64,000 nucleotides of DNA from Candidatus Aenigmatarchaeota archaeon (GCA_963726265.1 CAVSBQ010000002.1:32001-96000); one strand, 5' to 3'; numbered from the stretch's first letter, positions 18,185 through 28,813 are shown. Notes: generated from the sequence alone by a model not told the origin. Program-made: numbers and translations.

Positions 18185-19120
18185 CTATTTCCTTTTCGCA
18201 TTCTTCCTTTTGTGTTTTTTGTCGTTTTTTATTTTTCTCATTTTTACCCTGGGCACGCGCTTTCTCAGCTTCTCGATGAGCGACGCCCTCTCGCCTTGGG
18301 TGAGAGCCCTGGCCGCGCCTATCGCGGTCGCGAACTCCGCGTGTTCCGGGACGATGGACCTGCCTCCGAATATCTTCACAACGTTCTGAATCTTTCTCAT
18401 GAGCGTCTTGTTCTTCGTGACCTTGCCGATGAAGACAATGTCCTTCTCGAGGCCGTGGTTCTTCGCGGCGAAGGTCGAGAGCGTTCCCACGACTTCGCCG
18501 ACCATGCTTATCAGGCCGAGCGCTATGTCATGCGACGTCGTCTCGTCGCACAGCCTGCCGAAATTCGCGGCAGTCGCTTCCGGCGAGAGATTGCCTATTT
18601 TTGTCCCCACTATGTCCCTGACGGTCAGGTCGATTTTTTTCAGGTCGCCTTTGCTGGCGAGGATTTCGAGGTTGTTTATGTCGTCCTTGTTGAGCAGGAG
18701 CCTGAACAAGCCCTTCAGCGTCCCGCCTCCGACGCCAGTCCCGCCGACGTGCCTTATTATCTTCCCTCCATCGGTGACGGCGACCATCGCCGTCCCGGTC
18801 CCTATGCTCACGACGAAGCATTTCTTCTTGCCCGTGAGCATCATGCCTCCCAGCCCTATCGCCTTTATCTCCTCGACCTTTTTGACAGGGATGCCCAAAA
18901 GCGAGCTGTTGAGCTTCTTCGAGCCGCCGCCAGTCGCCGCGACGGCAATGACCCTGTTTATGGTCGTCCTGTTCTCGGTGACTATCTTGCCGAGGCAGCC
19001 CGCTGCGGAAGCCATGGCGTCGCTCGCCTGTATGGCGGTGAAGCTGCTTATCTTCCCTTTCCTGAGCATCACGCCCTGCGTGGTCGAGCCGCCTATGTCT
19101 ATGCCGACAATCATATTCAA
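18185..19120 (-). CDS. coaW: Type II pantothenate kinase (CoaW/fumble-like, ASKHA fold)
   Basis: GIDIGGSTT, ATGGGS, EIKAIGLG, VSIGTGTA, HVGGTGVGGGTLKGL, GDLKKIDLTVRDI and TAANFG. Confidence 0.85.
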   Translation of the reverse strand: MNMIVGIDIGGSTTQGVMLRKGKISSFTAIQASDAMASAAGCLGKIVTENRTTINRVIAVAATGGGSKKLNSSLLGIPVKKVEEIKAIGLGGMMLTGKKKCFVVSIGTGTAMVAVTDGGKIIRHVGGTGVGGGTLKGLFRLLLNKDDINNLEILASKGDLKKIDLTVRDIVGTKIGNLSPEATAANFGRLCDETTSHDIALGLISMVGEVVGTLSTFAAKNHGLEKDIVFIGKVTKNKTLMRKIQNVVKIFGGRSIVPEHAEFATAIGAARALTQGERASLIEKLRKRVPRVKMRKIKNDKKHKRKNAKRK

Positions 19121-19146
19121 ATAATTGGGAATGCAATTTATAAATT

Positions 19147-19677
19147 ATGATACGCAAATTGCGCGCGGCAAAGGCCAAGGGTTATTCTCTCTGGTTCATG
19201 CCTTCGGGCTACGCCAGGAAAAAATTCAGGAAAACAATCGCCGGGCTCGCGCAGAAATACAGGGGCCCTGCCTTCGAGCCGCACGTAACGCTCGTGGGCG
19301 GCATCGAAAAAAGCGAAAAGGAAATGCTCAGGGAAACGGCGGAGCTTGCGAAGAAAATCAGGCCGTTCAGGATAACCCTTGGCAGGACCGAGGGAACCGA
19401 CCGCTATTTCCGCTGCCTTTTTGCAGGAGCTTACGAAACCAGCGAGCTGATGGTGGCCAGCCGCAAGGCGCTCGCCTCATTCAGCATGAAAAAAAGGTCC
19501 GGATACAAACCCCACCTGAGCCTGTTTTACGGGAAACTTTCTTCCGGAACAAAAAAAGAAATCGCCTGCAAATACGATTTTTGCGGCGCAAAGTTTGAAG
19601 TGAAAAGGATACGCCTCATGCTGACAAAAGGCCCGCCGGGAAACTGGAAAAAGGTGCGCGAATTCCGGTTGGCCTGA
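19147..19677 (+). CDS. 2H phosphoesterase (cyclic phosphodiesterase-like)
   Basis: YSLW, plus two HxT/S motifs: FEPHVTL and KPHLSLFYG. Confidence 0.88.
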   Translation: MIRKLRAAKAKGYSLWFMPSGYARKKFRKTIAGLAQKYRGPAFEPHVTLVGGIEKSEKEMLRETAELAKKIRPFRITLGRTEGTDRYFRCLFAGAYETSELMVASRKALASFSMKKRSGYKPHLSLFYGKLSSGTKKEIACKYDFCGAKFEVKRIRLMLTKGPPGNWKKVREFRLA

Positions 19678-19678
19678 T

Positions 19679-19861
19679 TTACCTGCAGAAAGGGCACTGG
19701 CCTACATTGCCTGCGCATTTCACTTCTTTCTTTATTTTGTCGCAGAACGCCTTTTCGCCCAGGAACCACTGGCAGAATGTTTGGCCAGAGGTATCGGGAC
19801 TGGTTGCGACAGGAGGCACCATGGTAGGAGTTTCGATCTTCTTAACGTCTTGTTCGTCCAT
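19679..19861 (-). CDS. Small Cys-rich protein
   Basis: 60 aa with five Cys (CQWF, FCDK, KCAG, CPFC). TTTAAAT TATA-like box about 25 bp upstream. Confidence 0.65.
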   Translation of the reverse strand: MDEQDVKKIETPTMVPPVATSPDTSGQTFCQWFLGEKAFCDKIKKEVKCAGNVGQCPFCR

Positions 19862-19882
19862 GTTTAAACGTTCGTTTAAACA
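19861..19882. promoter_or_regulatory. 22-bp palindrome TGTTTAAACG-TT-CGTTTAAACA (copy 2)
   Basis: Lies between the TATA-like box and the start codon of the 60-aa gene. Arms are identical to 11914-11935. Confidence 0.65.
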
Positions 19883-19891
19883 TTTAAATTC

Positions 19892-21499
19892 CTATATTAA
19901 CCCAAAAAGTCCGATAAGGGCGAGCACCACACCCAGGAAACCCTCGCCGCCGATGAGGCCTGCTGCGATTAGCTGGCCTTTCTCCGTCCAGCCCTTCTTG
20001 TCTGCAAAGTAGCGGATTATGCCGCCCGCGAACAGCGGGAACGAGAGCTCGATGGGCGCGTAAAGGCCGATGCCGAAGGCGATTGGCGCTATGCCCTGCC
20101 TGAAATAGATGGAAACCAGGGTGAGAATCCCGCCGAATATTATGCCCCATACCATGTATTGTGAAATCCCTCCAGCAGACACAATCGCGGAAAGCGCGAC
20201 CGCTTGGGGCGCGGGCAGGTTTACGGAGCCGATTTTATACATCTGGTCCAATGCCAGGAGCACGACGCCTATGACAATTCCGGACGAGAAAACGCTTATC
20301 ACCTGCGCCTTTATCTGGTCTCTGGGCTTCGTCCCGACAAGGTGGCCGGCCTTCAAATCCTGCATGAAGTCGCCTGCCATGCCAGCGGAGATGCAGAGTA
20401 TCGCGGCAAGCACGACCGCGATGACGGGGTCGAGCTGCACGAACAGAAGAACGATTATCAGGATGGCCATGGCGAACACTTCCATGGGGTCGATGTTTAT
20501 CTCGCCCGTTATGCGCGCTGCTATGTAGCTCACCAGGAAAGCGCCGAAGATGGAGACTATCGCGATGATAACGTTAAGTCTCAGTGCAATGCTCAGCAGC
20601 GCAGCAAAAATTATTACAGCTACGAACCACCACCTGCTGCGCTTCTCCTTCTTCCACGCACCTTTCATCATAGGCACGAAGGCTGGCAGGCCCTTTACAA
20701 TGAAGTAAATCACGCTCGCGCCGATTATCACCCCGATGCCGAAGGGCTTCGTGGCCGTCATCATCGCCGCGGCTTTGTCAGGGAAGACCGCGAAGGAAAC
20801 CAGCGCCGGCACCGCAACGAGATACGATGCAACGGCGCCCGCGAACCACAGCGCGGTGAATTTCAGCCCTATCAGGAAACCGCCCGAGAACGTGACAAGG
20901 GTTATGCCTGAGCCGAAAGAGAAATATTTTGCAGCAGGTAGCTTGAGCGAATCGAGGTTGAAAAACGACGGGAACGCCTGGAAATAATCGCGCAATACGG
21001 CGAAAAGCCCGCCCAGGCCGAAGAACGCGAAAACCGTTTTCGCCTTCTTCCCTCCTTCATCGCCTGCTTCGAGGACCTTGGCCGTCGCCGTCCCGTCAGG
21101 ATACGGGAGCTTCAGCCTCTCTATCATCTCCTCGCGCAGGGGAATCGTGAACAATACGCCAAGCAGGCCGCCGACTATCGCGATGAACGTGACTTCCATG
21201 ACCGAAATGTCAAGCCCCATCAGCCATATCGCCGGCACGGTGAAGATTATCCCCGCCGCCAGCATGCCGCCTGTCGAAGCCGCGGTGGCAGCGACGTTCA
21301 CTTCGTTCTTGTTCGTTTTGCCCCTGCCGAAAATCTTCAGAAGGGCGAAGGACATGAGCGTCGCGGTGATTATGGGCCAGTAAACCCCGCCCGCTTTCAG
21401 GCCGGCGTAGGCGGAATACATGCAGATGACCGCGGAAAGGATCACGCCGACGAGAATCGCCTTCCACGTAAAGGCCGAAGAAGATTCCTTTTTTACCAT
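19892..21499 (-). CDS. OPT family oligopeptide transporter
   Basis: YAGLKAG, IFTVPA, LPYPDGTATAKVL, DFMQDLKAGHLVG, LPAPQA and AAGLIGGEG. Confidence 0.93.
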   Translation of the reverse strand: MVKKESSSAFTWKAILVGVILSAVICMYSAYAGLKAGGVYWPIITATLMSFALLKIFGRGKTNKNEVNVAATAASTGGMLAAGIIFTVPAIWLMGLDISVMEVTFIAIVGGLLGVLFTIPLREEMIERLKLPYPDGTATAKVLEAGDEGGKKAKTVFAFFGLGGLFAVLRDYFQAFPSFFNLDSLKLPAAKYFSFGSGITLVTFSGGFLIGLKFTALWFAGAVASYLVAVPALVSFAVFPDKAAAMMTATKPFGIGVIIGASVIYFIVKGLPAFVPMMKGAWKKEKRSRWWFVAVIIFAALLSIALRLNVIIAIVSIFGAFLVSYIAARITGEINIDPMEVFAMAILIIVLLFVQLDPVIAVVLAAILCISAGMAGDFMQDLKAGHLVGTKPRDQIKAQVISVFSSGIVIGVVLLALDQMYKIGSVNLPAPQAVALSAIVSAGGISQYMVWGIIFGGILTLVSIYFRQGIAPIAFGIGLYAPIELSFPLFAGGIIRYFADKKGWTEKGQLIAAGLIGGEGFLGVVLALIGLFGLI

Positions 21500-21565
21500 T
21501 AATTTTCAGATTGAATGAGGGCATATATAAAACATTCTCATTGTTTTACGTGGGTTGTCGAATAT

Positions 21566-21925
21566 CTAAAATTCAGCGTGATTATTTTCAAGAAGTCTTA
21601 TCAGCTGCTCCCTGGTCACCAAACATCTCGGCTTGTAACCGTTCTGCGCGTTGCTCAGGAGATTCCTGTGCGACTTGTTTTTCGAGTTCCCGCCCCTCTC
21701 AGAGGAAACCCTTTTCAGCACCTTTTCGTATTCAAGCGTCCCCCGCGGGAGCTCCCTCTCCATGACATCGAAGCCGCTGCCGTTCGGCTGCAGGCTGATG
21801 CTGCGGAAAGGCGGCTTGCCGGAAGTCGCGCCTTTCTCTTCACCGACCGGCAGTACGGAATAGCCCTTCCACGGTCCGCCGTAGACGTTGCCGCGGTATT
21901 TTTTCCCGAACGCGAGGTAGATCAT
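21566..21925 (-). CDS. Hypothetical protein
   Basis: 119-aa ATG ORF with a TATA-like sequence upstream. Confidence 0.55.
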   Translation of the reverse strand: MIYLAFGKKYRGNVYGGPWKGYSVLPVGEEKGATSGKPPFRSISLQPNGSGFDVMERELPRGTLEYEKVLKRVSSERGGNSKNKSHRNLLSNAQNGYKPRCLVTREQLIRLLENNHAEF

Positions 21926-22113
21926 AAAAATTCTTAAAGAATTCTTGTGCCCAAGCCCTTATATAATTTTATATATATTTTTGATAAAAATTATGTAAAA
22001 TAATATATAGGATATCTTCGGCATGCCTTTCAGGGATTTTTCCATTTTTGCCATGAATATATAGTTTGGGATAACTAAAGGGTTAAAAAATTTACTGTAT
22101 AATATCAACTCTT

Positions 22114-23376
22114 ATGGAAGATGAAACATTGATGCTCGTGACCGGAGGCGGCCACGTTCATTTCGGGCCTGGAATAAAGACACTGGTAGAAGCCAGCAAA
22201 GAAAGGGGCTGGAAAGTACTGGGTTCTCTCTACGGCTGGAAAGGCGTGGATGCGAATTCTGGCGAGGAAGAAGTTGTGAATTTGGGGCTTCTGGATTCCG
22301 GCAGACTGGAAAGGATGATGAGCATAGGCGGTTCGCCGCTGTTTTCTTCAAGAACCAAGGCACAAATGGAGAGGACGCGGGCCACAATGAGAAAGTATGG
22401 CGTTACATACGTTATCGGTTTTGGTGGTGATGATACCCTGAGCGTTGATGCTGGGGTTCCCATAATAGGATGGCCGAAAACAATGGACAACAACCTCGGC
22501 CCACAGTCTTCAGAACCAGACCTGTCTCGTGGAACTTATTTTACCATAGGATACCCAACTGCCGTTGAAAAAGCAGGTAAAGCGACAGCCGTAGGCCATT
22601 CGAATGCACAGACCAACAGCAGCACTCACATAATAATACCATTCGGAAGGAGCCAGGATTTCGTTGGCGTGGGCGCGACAGCTTACGGAGCTGCTGATTT
22701 CATGGCTCCCGGAGAAAGAAATGTCAATTTCGAAGAATTCTACCAAAGACTTCAGGAGGCCCGTCTTAAAAACGCGGAACTTTACAAATGCAAGCCCTTT
22801 GCCGTTGCGGTCGTTCCGGAAGGAGTGAACAGAGGTAATGTTGTCGAATTTTTAGAGGAGTTTGCGCCTCCTGAACTGGTTCAATATGCAAAGAATGAAA
22901 ATTATTTCAAAAAAGATGATTTCGAGCACATGGAACTTAACCCAGAACTGATAAGCATGATGTTGTCCGAAAGTCTTTTGAAAAGAAGCAAGGACGAACC
23001 TAAAGAAAGAAAAATAACAAAGGTTACATCAAAGGTGGTCAGTTATCATCTGAGGGACGGAGTTTCCACGGAAATAGACCAGCGCATGGGCTCGGAAACG
23101 GCTATGAAGTGCATTGAACTCATAGAGCTGGGCAAAGAGGGGCTCATGGCAACGGTACGATGGGATCCGGTTAGTAGCGATTTCACCACAGGCGATGTTC
23201 CCATAAAGGATGCGATAAAACAAAGATATGTCGACGGCACTGGATTTTTTGATTACGCAGGGACGTGGAAACCCACAGAAAAATTTATTGTGTACGCCAG
23301 CAGATTTGCAGGAACCCCGCCCCAGAAACAGGATCTCATTCACGGACCTTACCAGAAAGCCGTGCCTGTTGGTTAA
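22114..23376 (+). CDS. Divergent PfkA-family phosphofructokinase, probably PPi-dependent
   Basis: VTGGG, YGWKG, GGSPLFSSR, GGDDT, PKTMDN, TIGYPTA, FGR, PEG and YHLRDG. Confidence 0.8.
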   Translation: MEDETLMLVTGGGHVHFGPGIKTLVEASKERGWKVLGSLYGWKGVDANSGEEEVVNLGLLDSGRLERMMSIGGSPLFSSRTKAQMERTRATMRKYGVTYVIGFGGDDTLSVDAGVPIIGWPKTMDNNLGPQSSEPDLSRGTYFTIGYPTAVEKAGKATAVGHSNAQTNSSTHIIIPFGRSQDFVGVGATAYGAADFMAPGERNVNFEEFYQRLQEARLKNAELYKCKPFAVAVVPEGVNRGNVVEFLEEFAPPELVQYAKNENYFKKDDFEHMELNPELISMMLSESLLKRSKDEPKERKITKVTSKVVSYHLRDGVSTEIDQRMGSETAMKCIELIELGKEGLMATVRWDPVSSDFTTGDVPIKDAIKQRYVDGTGFFDYAGTWKPTEKFIVYASRFAGTPPQKQDLIHGPYQKAVPVG

Positions 23377-23433
23377 ACAACTTTTTAATAGACCGGGAAA
23401 TTCCTGCAAAAAATGAACCGGCCCTGGAGTGGC

Positions 23434-23970
23434 TCATTTCTTTTCATGCTGTTTTTTCATGAAGAACTCGCAGGCGGGACATCCCAGCTCCATCTGCTTA
23501 CAGTGCGGGCATGCAAGCTTGCCGTACACAATCGGGTTGCCTAGGAAAGTGACAACCAGCGGCCAGACCGCAATCCCTATCACGGCAAGGCTGAAGTTTG
23601 GCCAGTTCACGTAAGTCAGATATGCTCCTGCTATCACCGCAATTATCACCGGCAGCATAGTGGGGATGAAATTCTTCACGGTCAGCTTCCTTTCGTTGAA
23701 TTTCCTTTTCTCGTCCTTCTTCATGAAAACCTTCGCTATCTTACCCTTGCCGCATACGCAGCGCTTTCCGTAATAATAGCAGCGCACGCACCCTCCCCTG
23801 AGCGCCTGGACTTCGAGAAACGCGGTGTAAACGAAAACCAGCAGCGCGAGTAACGGCAATACCATGTATGACAGGTAAAGCGCCGATGCGTAGACGGAAA
23901 ACGAGAAAAAATAGTAGACAAGCATCATCCATGCCGGATAGCTTTCAAACAATTTATCAGCCATATTCAA
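23434..23970 (-). CDS. Membrane protein with two Cys clusters
   Basis: About 4 TMs, CVRCYYYGKRCVCG and CPHCKQMELGCPAC. Confidence 0.75.
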   Translation of the reverse strand: MNMADKLFESYPAWMMLVYYFFSFSVYASALYLSYMVLPLLALLVFVYTAFLEVQALRGGCVRCYYYGKRCVCGKGKIAKVFMKKDEKRKFNERKLTVKNFIPTMLPVIIAVIAGAYLTYVNWPNFSLAVIGIAVWPLVVTFLGNPIVYGKLACPHCKQMELGCPACEFFMKKQHEKK

Positions 23971-24008
23971 ACCACCTCAATTGGTTTTATCAAACGTCTC
24001 AGTAAACC

Positions 24009-25247
24009 TCAATAAACCTGGAATCCCCTGCAGAGCTCCCGGACTTCTGTGCGAACCTTCGCCAGCGCCGCGTCATCCTTGTAATGCATTATCGCTTTCG
24101 CAATCAGCTCCCCGACGCGCTTCATCTCGCTTTCCTTCATGCCTCTGGTCGTGATTGCGGGCGTTCCCAGGCGGATGCCGCTCGGGTCGAAGGGCGAGCG
24201 CGGGTCGTAGGGGATCATATTCTTGTTCACGGTTATCCCCGCCTTGTCGAGCGCGGTTTCCGCTTCCTTCCCTGTCACGTTCTTGTTGCGCAGGTCTACG
24301 AGAATCAGGTGGTTGTCCGTGCCGCCTGAAATGAGGGTAAAGCCTTCGCCCATAAGCGACGAAGCGAGCGCCTTCGCATTCTTCACGATTTGTTTCGCGT
24401 AATTCTTGAACTCGGGCTTCATCGCTTCTTTGAAAGCGACTGCGACGGCCGCAATCGTATGCTCGTGCGGCCCTCCCTGGAGGCCGGGGAAAACGGCCTT
24501 GTCAATCGCTTCGGCGAAACGCTGTTTGCACATTATCATTCCGCCCCTCGGCCCGCGAAGGGTTTTGTGAGTCGTGGTCGTGACCACATCGGTAAAGGGG
24601 AACGGCGACGGATGCACGCCGCCGACGATCAGGCCGGCGATGTGCGCGATGTCGGCCATCGATATCGCCCCCGCCTCCTCGGCGATTTCCGCGAAGGCCT
24701 TGAAGTCGAACTGGCGCGGATACGCCGTCGCTCCTGACACGATTATCTTCGGCTTCTCCTTCAGCGCGAGCTTGCGGACTTCATCATAATCTATCAGATG
24801 GGTTTTCGGGTCGACGCCGTATGAGACGACCCTGTAAGCCTTGCCCGAGAAGTTGACCTTGTGGCCGTGCGTGAGATGCCCTCCTTGCGCGAGGTTCATG
24901 CCCATGAGCGTGTCGCCGAAATTCATCAGGGCGAAATAGACCTCGATGTTCGCGGGCGAGCCTGAAAGCGGCTGGACGTTCACGTGCTCGCAGCCGAACA
25001 GCTTCTTCGCGCGTTCGATGGCGAGGTTCTCGACCTTGTCTATGACCTGGTTACCGCCGTAATAGCGTTTCCCTGGGTAGCCTTCGGCGTATTTGTTGTT
25101 GAAGACCGAGCCCAGTGCATGCAAAACAGCCTTGCTCGGAAAGTTCTCGGAAGGGATGAGCTCGAGGCCCTCGTTTATCCTCCTCGTCTCGTCCTGCTCC
25201 AGCCCGAAAATGTCCGGGTCAGTCGTCTTGAGATTGTCATTCCACAT
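24009..25247 (-). CDS. glyA: Serine hydroxymethyltransferase (bacterial-like)
   Basis: [43 protein letters not shown] (PLP lysine), GGTDNHL and SGIRLGTPA. Confidence 0.97.
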   Translation of the reverse strand: MWNDNLKTTDPDIFGLEQDETRRINEGLELIPSENFPSKAVLHALGSVFNNKYAEGYPGKRYYGGNQVIDKVENLAIERAKKLFGCEHVNVQPLSGSPANIEVYFALMNFGDTLMGMNLAQGGHLTHGHKVNFSGKAYRVVSYGVDPKTHLIDYDEVRKLALKEKPKIIVSGATAYPRQFDFKAFAEIAEEAGAISMADIAHIAGLIVGGVHPSPFPFTDVVTTTTHKTLRGPRGGMIMCKQRFAEAIDKAVFPGLQGGPHEHTIAAVAVAFKEAMKPEFKNYAKQIVKNAKALASSLMGEGFTLISGGTDNHLILVDLRNKNVTGKEAETALDKAGITVNKNMIPYDPRSPFDPSGIRLGTPAITTRGMKESEMKRVGELIAKAIMHYKDDAALAKVRTEVRELCRGFQVY

Positions 25248-25335
25248 GCAAGCACCATTAGATATAATGTTAAATTTTTGTCGCGCAGATTAAAAAGTGT
25301 TTGCAGAATCTAAAACCCGCCTAAAAATTCTCAAT

Positions 25336-25575
25336 CTACCAGGTGTCTTGGGTAAATTTTAATTTGAGGTCGTTTGCCAAAGAGTCTAATCCTGACAAAT
25401 TTGCAGGTGAGTACACAAATGGTATTGTGTCAATTAATTTTTCACCTTTGTATATTTCCGCGCATATAGGATGACGTGGATCCGAAGATCTGAGAAAGTG
25501 TATGTGAAGATCGGGCGCTATTGAGAAATACCACGCTATATGCCGGTCGCTTAGTTGTCCATTTTCGTTAATCAT
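25336..25575 (-). CDS. Hypothetical protein (AT-rich)
   Basis: 79-aa ORF with TTTATAAA upstream. Confidence 0.55.
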   Translation of the reverse strand: MINENGQLSDRHIAWYFSIAPDLHIHFLRSSDPRHPICAEIYKGEKLIDTIPFVYSPANLSGLDSLANDLKLKFTQDTW

Positions 25576-25658
25576 AAAATTAATGGAAGTTAAATTTTAT
25601 AAACTTAACTACTACCTACTCATAGTCTCAGAATCTTGAGTTTTTCCTGAGAAATCAG

Positions 25659-27192
25659 CTACCTCGTCGGGCCTTCTTCCATGTCGACTTTTATGTATTT
25701 AGCCAGCAGCGGGTGGACGCGCTTGACTTCCTTGTAAAGCTCCCATGCCACGCGCCTGTATGATATGTGGCCTTCCTTCGAGGAGCGCAGGCGTATGAAG
25801 TGGTAAAGCTCGCGCAGGTTCCACGTGAACAGCGTGCGTTTCCTGTAGGCCAGGGGAACGACGTATTGCGCCTCCTTGGGGAAACGCTCCGAGATTTTCC
25901 CGAACGCGTCGCTGGCGGCTTCCATGGCCTGCCTGAAGCGCTTTTCGCAGCCGATGGCGGCGATTTCCGGAGGCATGTCATAGCCATTCGCCGTCGTTAA
26001 CGTCTGGTTGGTCTGCGTCGCCATGCGGTGCCGCTGGATGTCGCGGAAGGCGCCGTAATCGACTAGTATGTCAAAAGTATAATGGGCGTGCTCGAGCTCG
26101 CGCATGGGCATGTCGTGCTTCCCCATTCGCTTCATGAACTCGTCGAACACGCGCTCTTTCTCCGCCTGCTCCATGCCCTTAACCTTTTTCAGTATCCGGG
26201 CGTATGGCTGGCTGGAATACTTGTAGATGATGGAGGCGATGACCTTGTTTTCCGCGTCCCTGTCGTAGTCGACGAGCGCGACCTCCTTCCGTTCCTTCGT
26301 CCGCGACGGCTTCGAACGCCTTGCAGGCGCTCTCCATCCAGAAATCCGTCTCGTGCATGTAGTGGTTCCTCTCGGCGTATTTGACCAGCGTGGGTATGAG
26401 TTTCACGACCTCGGTTTTCATGTCCGCGCCGATCCTGTTCATCTCTTCGAGCGGGCTCGAAAGCAGCTTCGTGAGCATGCGCTCCAGCGCGCGGGCGTTG
26501 GCGGTTATCGCGAGATTCGTCAGCGTCGAGGCGGGCAGCGCATACCTGCAGACGTCGCATGCCCTCGCCTTCGTGACGGCCTCGTAAAGCTTCGCGTCCA
26601 TGCCATCGGGCTTCGGATGCGTTTTTTCCATGTGGGCAAGCATCTTCGGCATCATTTCCAGGTAAAGGTCGAACAGCGAGCTGCACGTCTTCCCGTAGAG
26701 CTCGGCGAACTCGGAATCCATGAGCTTCCCCGGCTTGTAGAACTTGTCGCGGTCGAAGACCTGGTAGCGCGTCGATTTCTCGGTGTATGAGGCGAGCCGC
26801 GAATCCTCGATGGCTTTCGTCGCAAGGATGGAGACGTTCTCGACCGCGATGCTGGCGACTGCGTGCTCCGCGACGGATGAATGACCATAACCCACGACCC
26901 AGCGCTCATGGAACTTGCGCGCCTTCTCCTTGGCGTCCTTGTAGTCGAGGCCGTTTCCCGAATAAATGCGCATGACATCGCCCATGTCTATGTCCCTGCT
27001 TTTTATCAGCTTCAGCAGGTTCTCGCGGAAACTCGCAGGGCTGCGCGACACGTAGGCGAACAGGACCGCGACGACCTCGGGCGGGAGATTGTATATTACG
27101 TAGATGTCCTTGTCCATGCTGCTGACGTGGTTCTTCAGGATCGTCTCGTCCTCTTTCGAAAAGCTGCCTTGACCGTCTTTCCCCTCTTCCAT
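25659..27192 (-). CDS. thyX: FAD-dependent thymidylate synthase with tandem Thy1 domains; frameshifted
   Basis: GYGHSSVAEH, RLASYTEKSTRY, RYALPASTLT, RDIQRHRM, AQYVVPLAY and NLRELYHFIRLRS. Indels lie near 26290 and 26180. Confidence 0.93.
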
Positions 27193-27882
27193 TCACCTCA
27201 ACCCCGATGAAAAGATTATCCGTCCAAATTTTATAAGCGTTTTGCGCCGGGCGCGCTTGGCTCGAAACATGAGCAAAAGGGCCTCAGCAAGTAATTTAAA
27301 ACTGCAATTCATCAGATTAAGGCATGCATCATCAGACACGGCGTGTTCAAACGCCTATGCGCAGTCATTTGTTCAGAAACCACCCTCAGCAGCCACACAA
27401 ACAGATGCACTAAGCTGGATAACTGAAGGATGAACTGACCCAGAAAAAGGACGGGGATGGAAAAGAAGTTTTAAAGAGTTGCAGAGTTATATCGCATGAA
27501 AAACAGAAGTCAAAATACATGAATATTATTTGAGGGAAATGGATGTGAGAATTACAAAGAGAAGGGAAATCGATTACGTGAAACTGAGGCGCAACGGCGA
27601 TGTATTGCCTGAATAATTGATACTCTGGCAGAATATTCATAAAAAAAATTTACGAATCTCGCGAGTCATGAAATTCATTAGAAACAGTGATGGGGCAACA
27701 AATATTACGTTTTGAAAATACCGGGCCGAACGTAAAATAGTCAACTAAACATTTCGTGTTTCAATGAAGAGATATTCGGATTACAGCAAACATATACGAG
27801 TAAAATGCTTAACGCTATGAAGCAATTTTTCTGATGAATAATTTAAACCACGGATTCAATAATTTTTAATGAAAGTGGTGCT

Positions 27883-28813
27883 ATGGGTGTTTATGACGTC
27901 GTGATTGTGGGCCTCGGTCCTGCCGGCCTGACCGCGGGCATCTATGCCACGAGGTTCGGGCTGAAGACCCTCGTCATAGGCAAGGAGCCGGGAGGCCAGG
28001 CCAACGAGGCGTACGAGGTCGACAACTACCCCGGCATGCTGCGCGCGAAGGGCATGGAGATAATGAACAAGTTCCGCGAGCAGACCAAGGCGCTGGGAGC
28101 AGAGGTTGTGTATGCGGAAGTCGTCGACATGAAGAAGAAGGGCGGAAGCGGTTTCATAGTCAAAACCGAGAGCGGCGAATACGAAGGCGAAGTCGGTCAT
28201 AATCGCGACCGGCTCCAGGAAGCGCAGGCTCGACGTCCCGGGCGAGAACGAGCTGCGCGGACGAGGAGTTTCGTATTGCGGCACGTGCGACGCGCCGTTC
28301 TACAAGGGCAGGACCGTCGTCGTCGTAGGCGGAGGCAGCGCGGCCGTCATGACCGCGCTCATGCTCACCGAGCACGCGAAGAAGGTTTACCTCGCCTACA
28401 GGAAAGAGAAGGACGACATGCGCGCCATGCCCGCGTGGATCAGGATGGCGGAGCAGAACAAGAAGATAGAGATGCTCTTCTGCGCGGTGCCGAAAAGAAT
28501 TGCGGGAAAGGAAAGCGTCGAAGCCGTCGTTTTCGAAAAAGGCGGGAAGGAATTCAGGCTTAAGGCCGAAGGCGTTTTTGTCGAAATAGGCTCCGACCCG
28601 CAGAGCGAGCTCGCGCACAGGCTCGGCGTTTCGCTCGACGCCAAGTCGGGCAAGATAAAAGTCGGGCCTGACATGGCGACGAACGTGAAAGGCGTATTTG
28701 CAGCGGGGGACGTGACCAACGGCTCCGCGGACTTCGAGCAGATAATAATCGCGGGCGCGGAAGGGGCGAATGCCGCACGCTCCGCATACAAGCATGTCAG
28801 GAAGCGCGCTTAG
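27883..28813 (+). CDS. trxB: Thioredoxin reductase; frameshifted
   Basis: GLGPAGLTAGIY, VDNYPG, GVSYCGTCDA and VVGGG (middle frame), and TNVKGVFAAGDVT. Confidence 0.92.
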
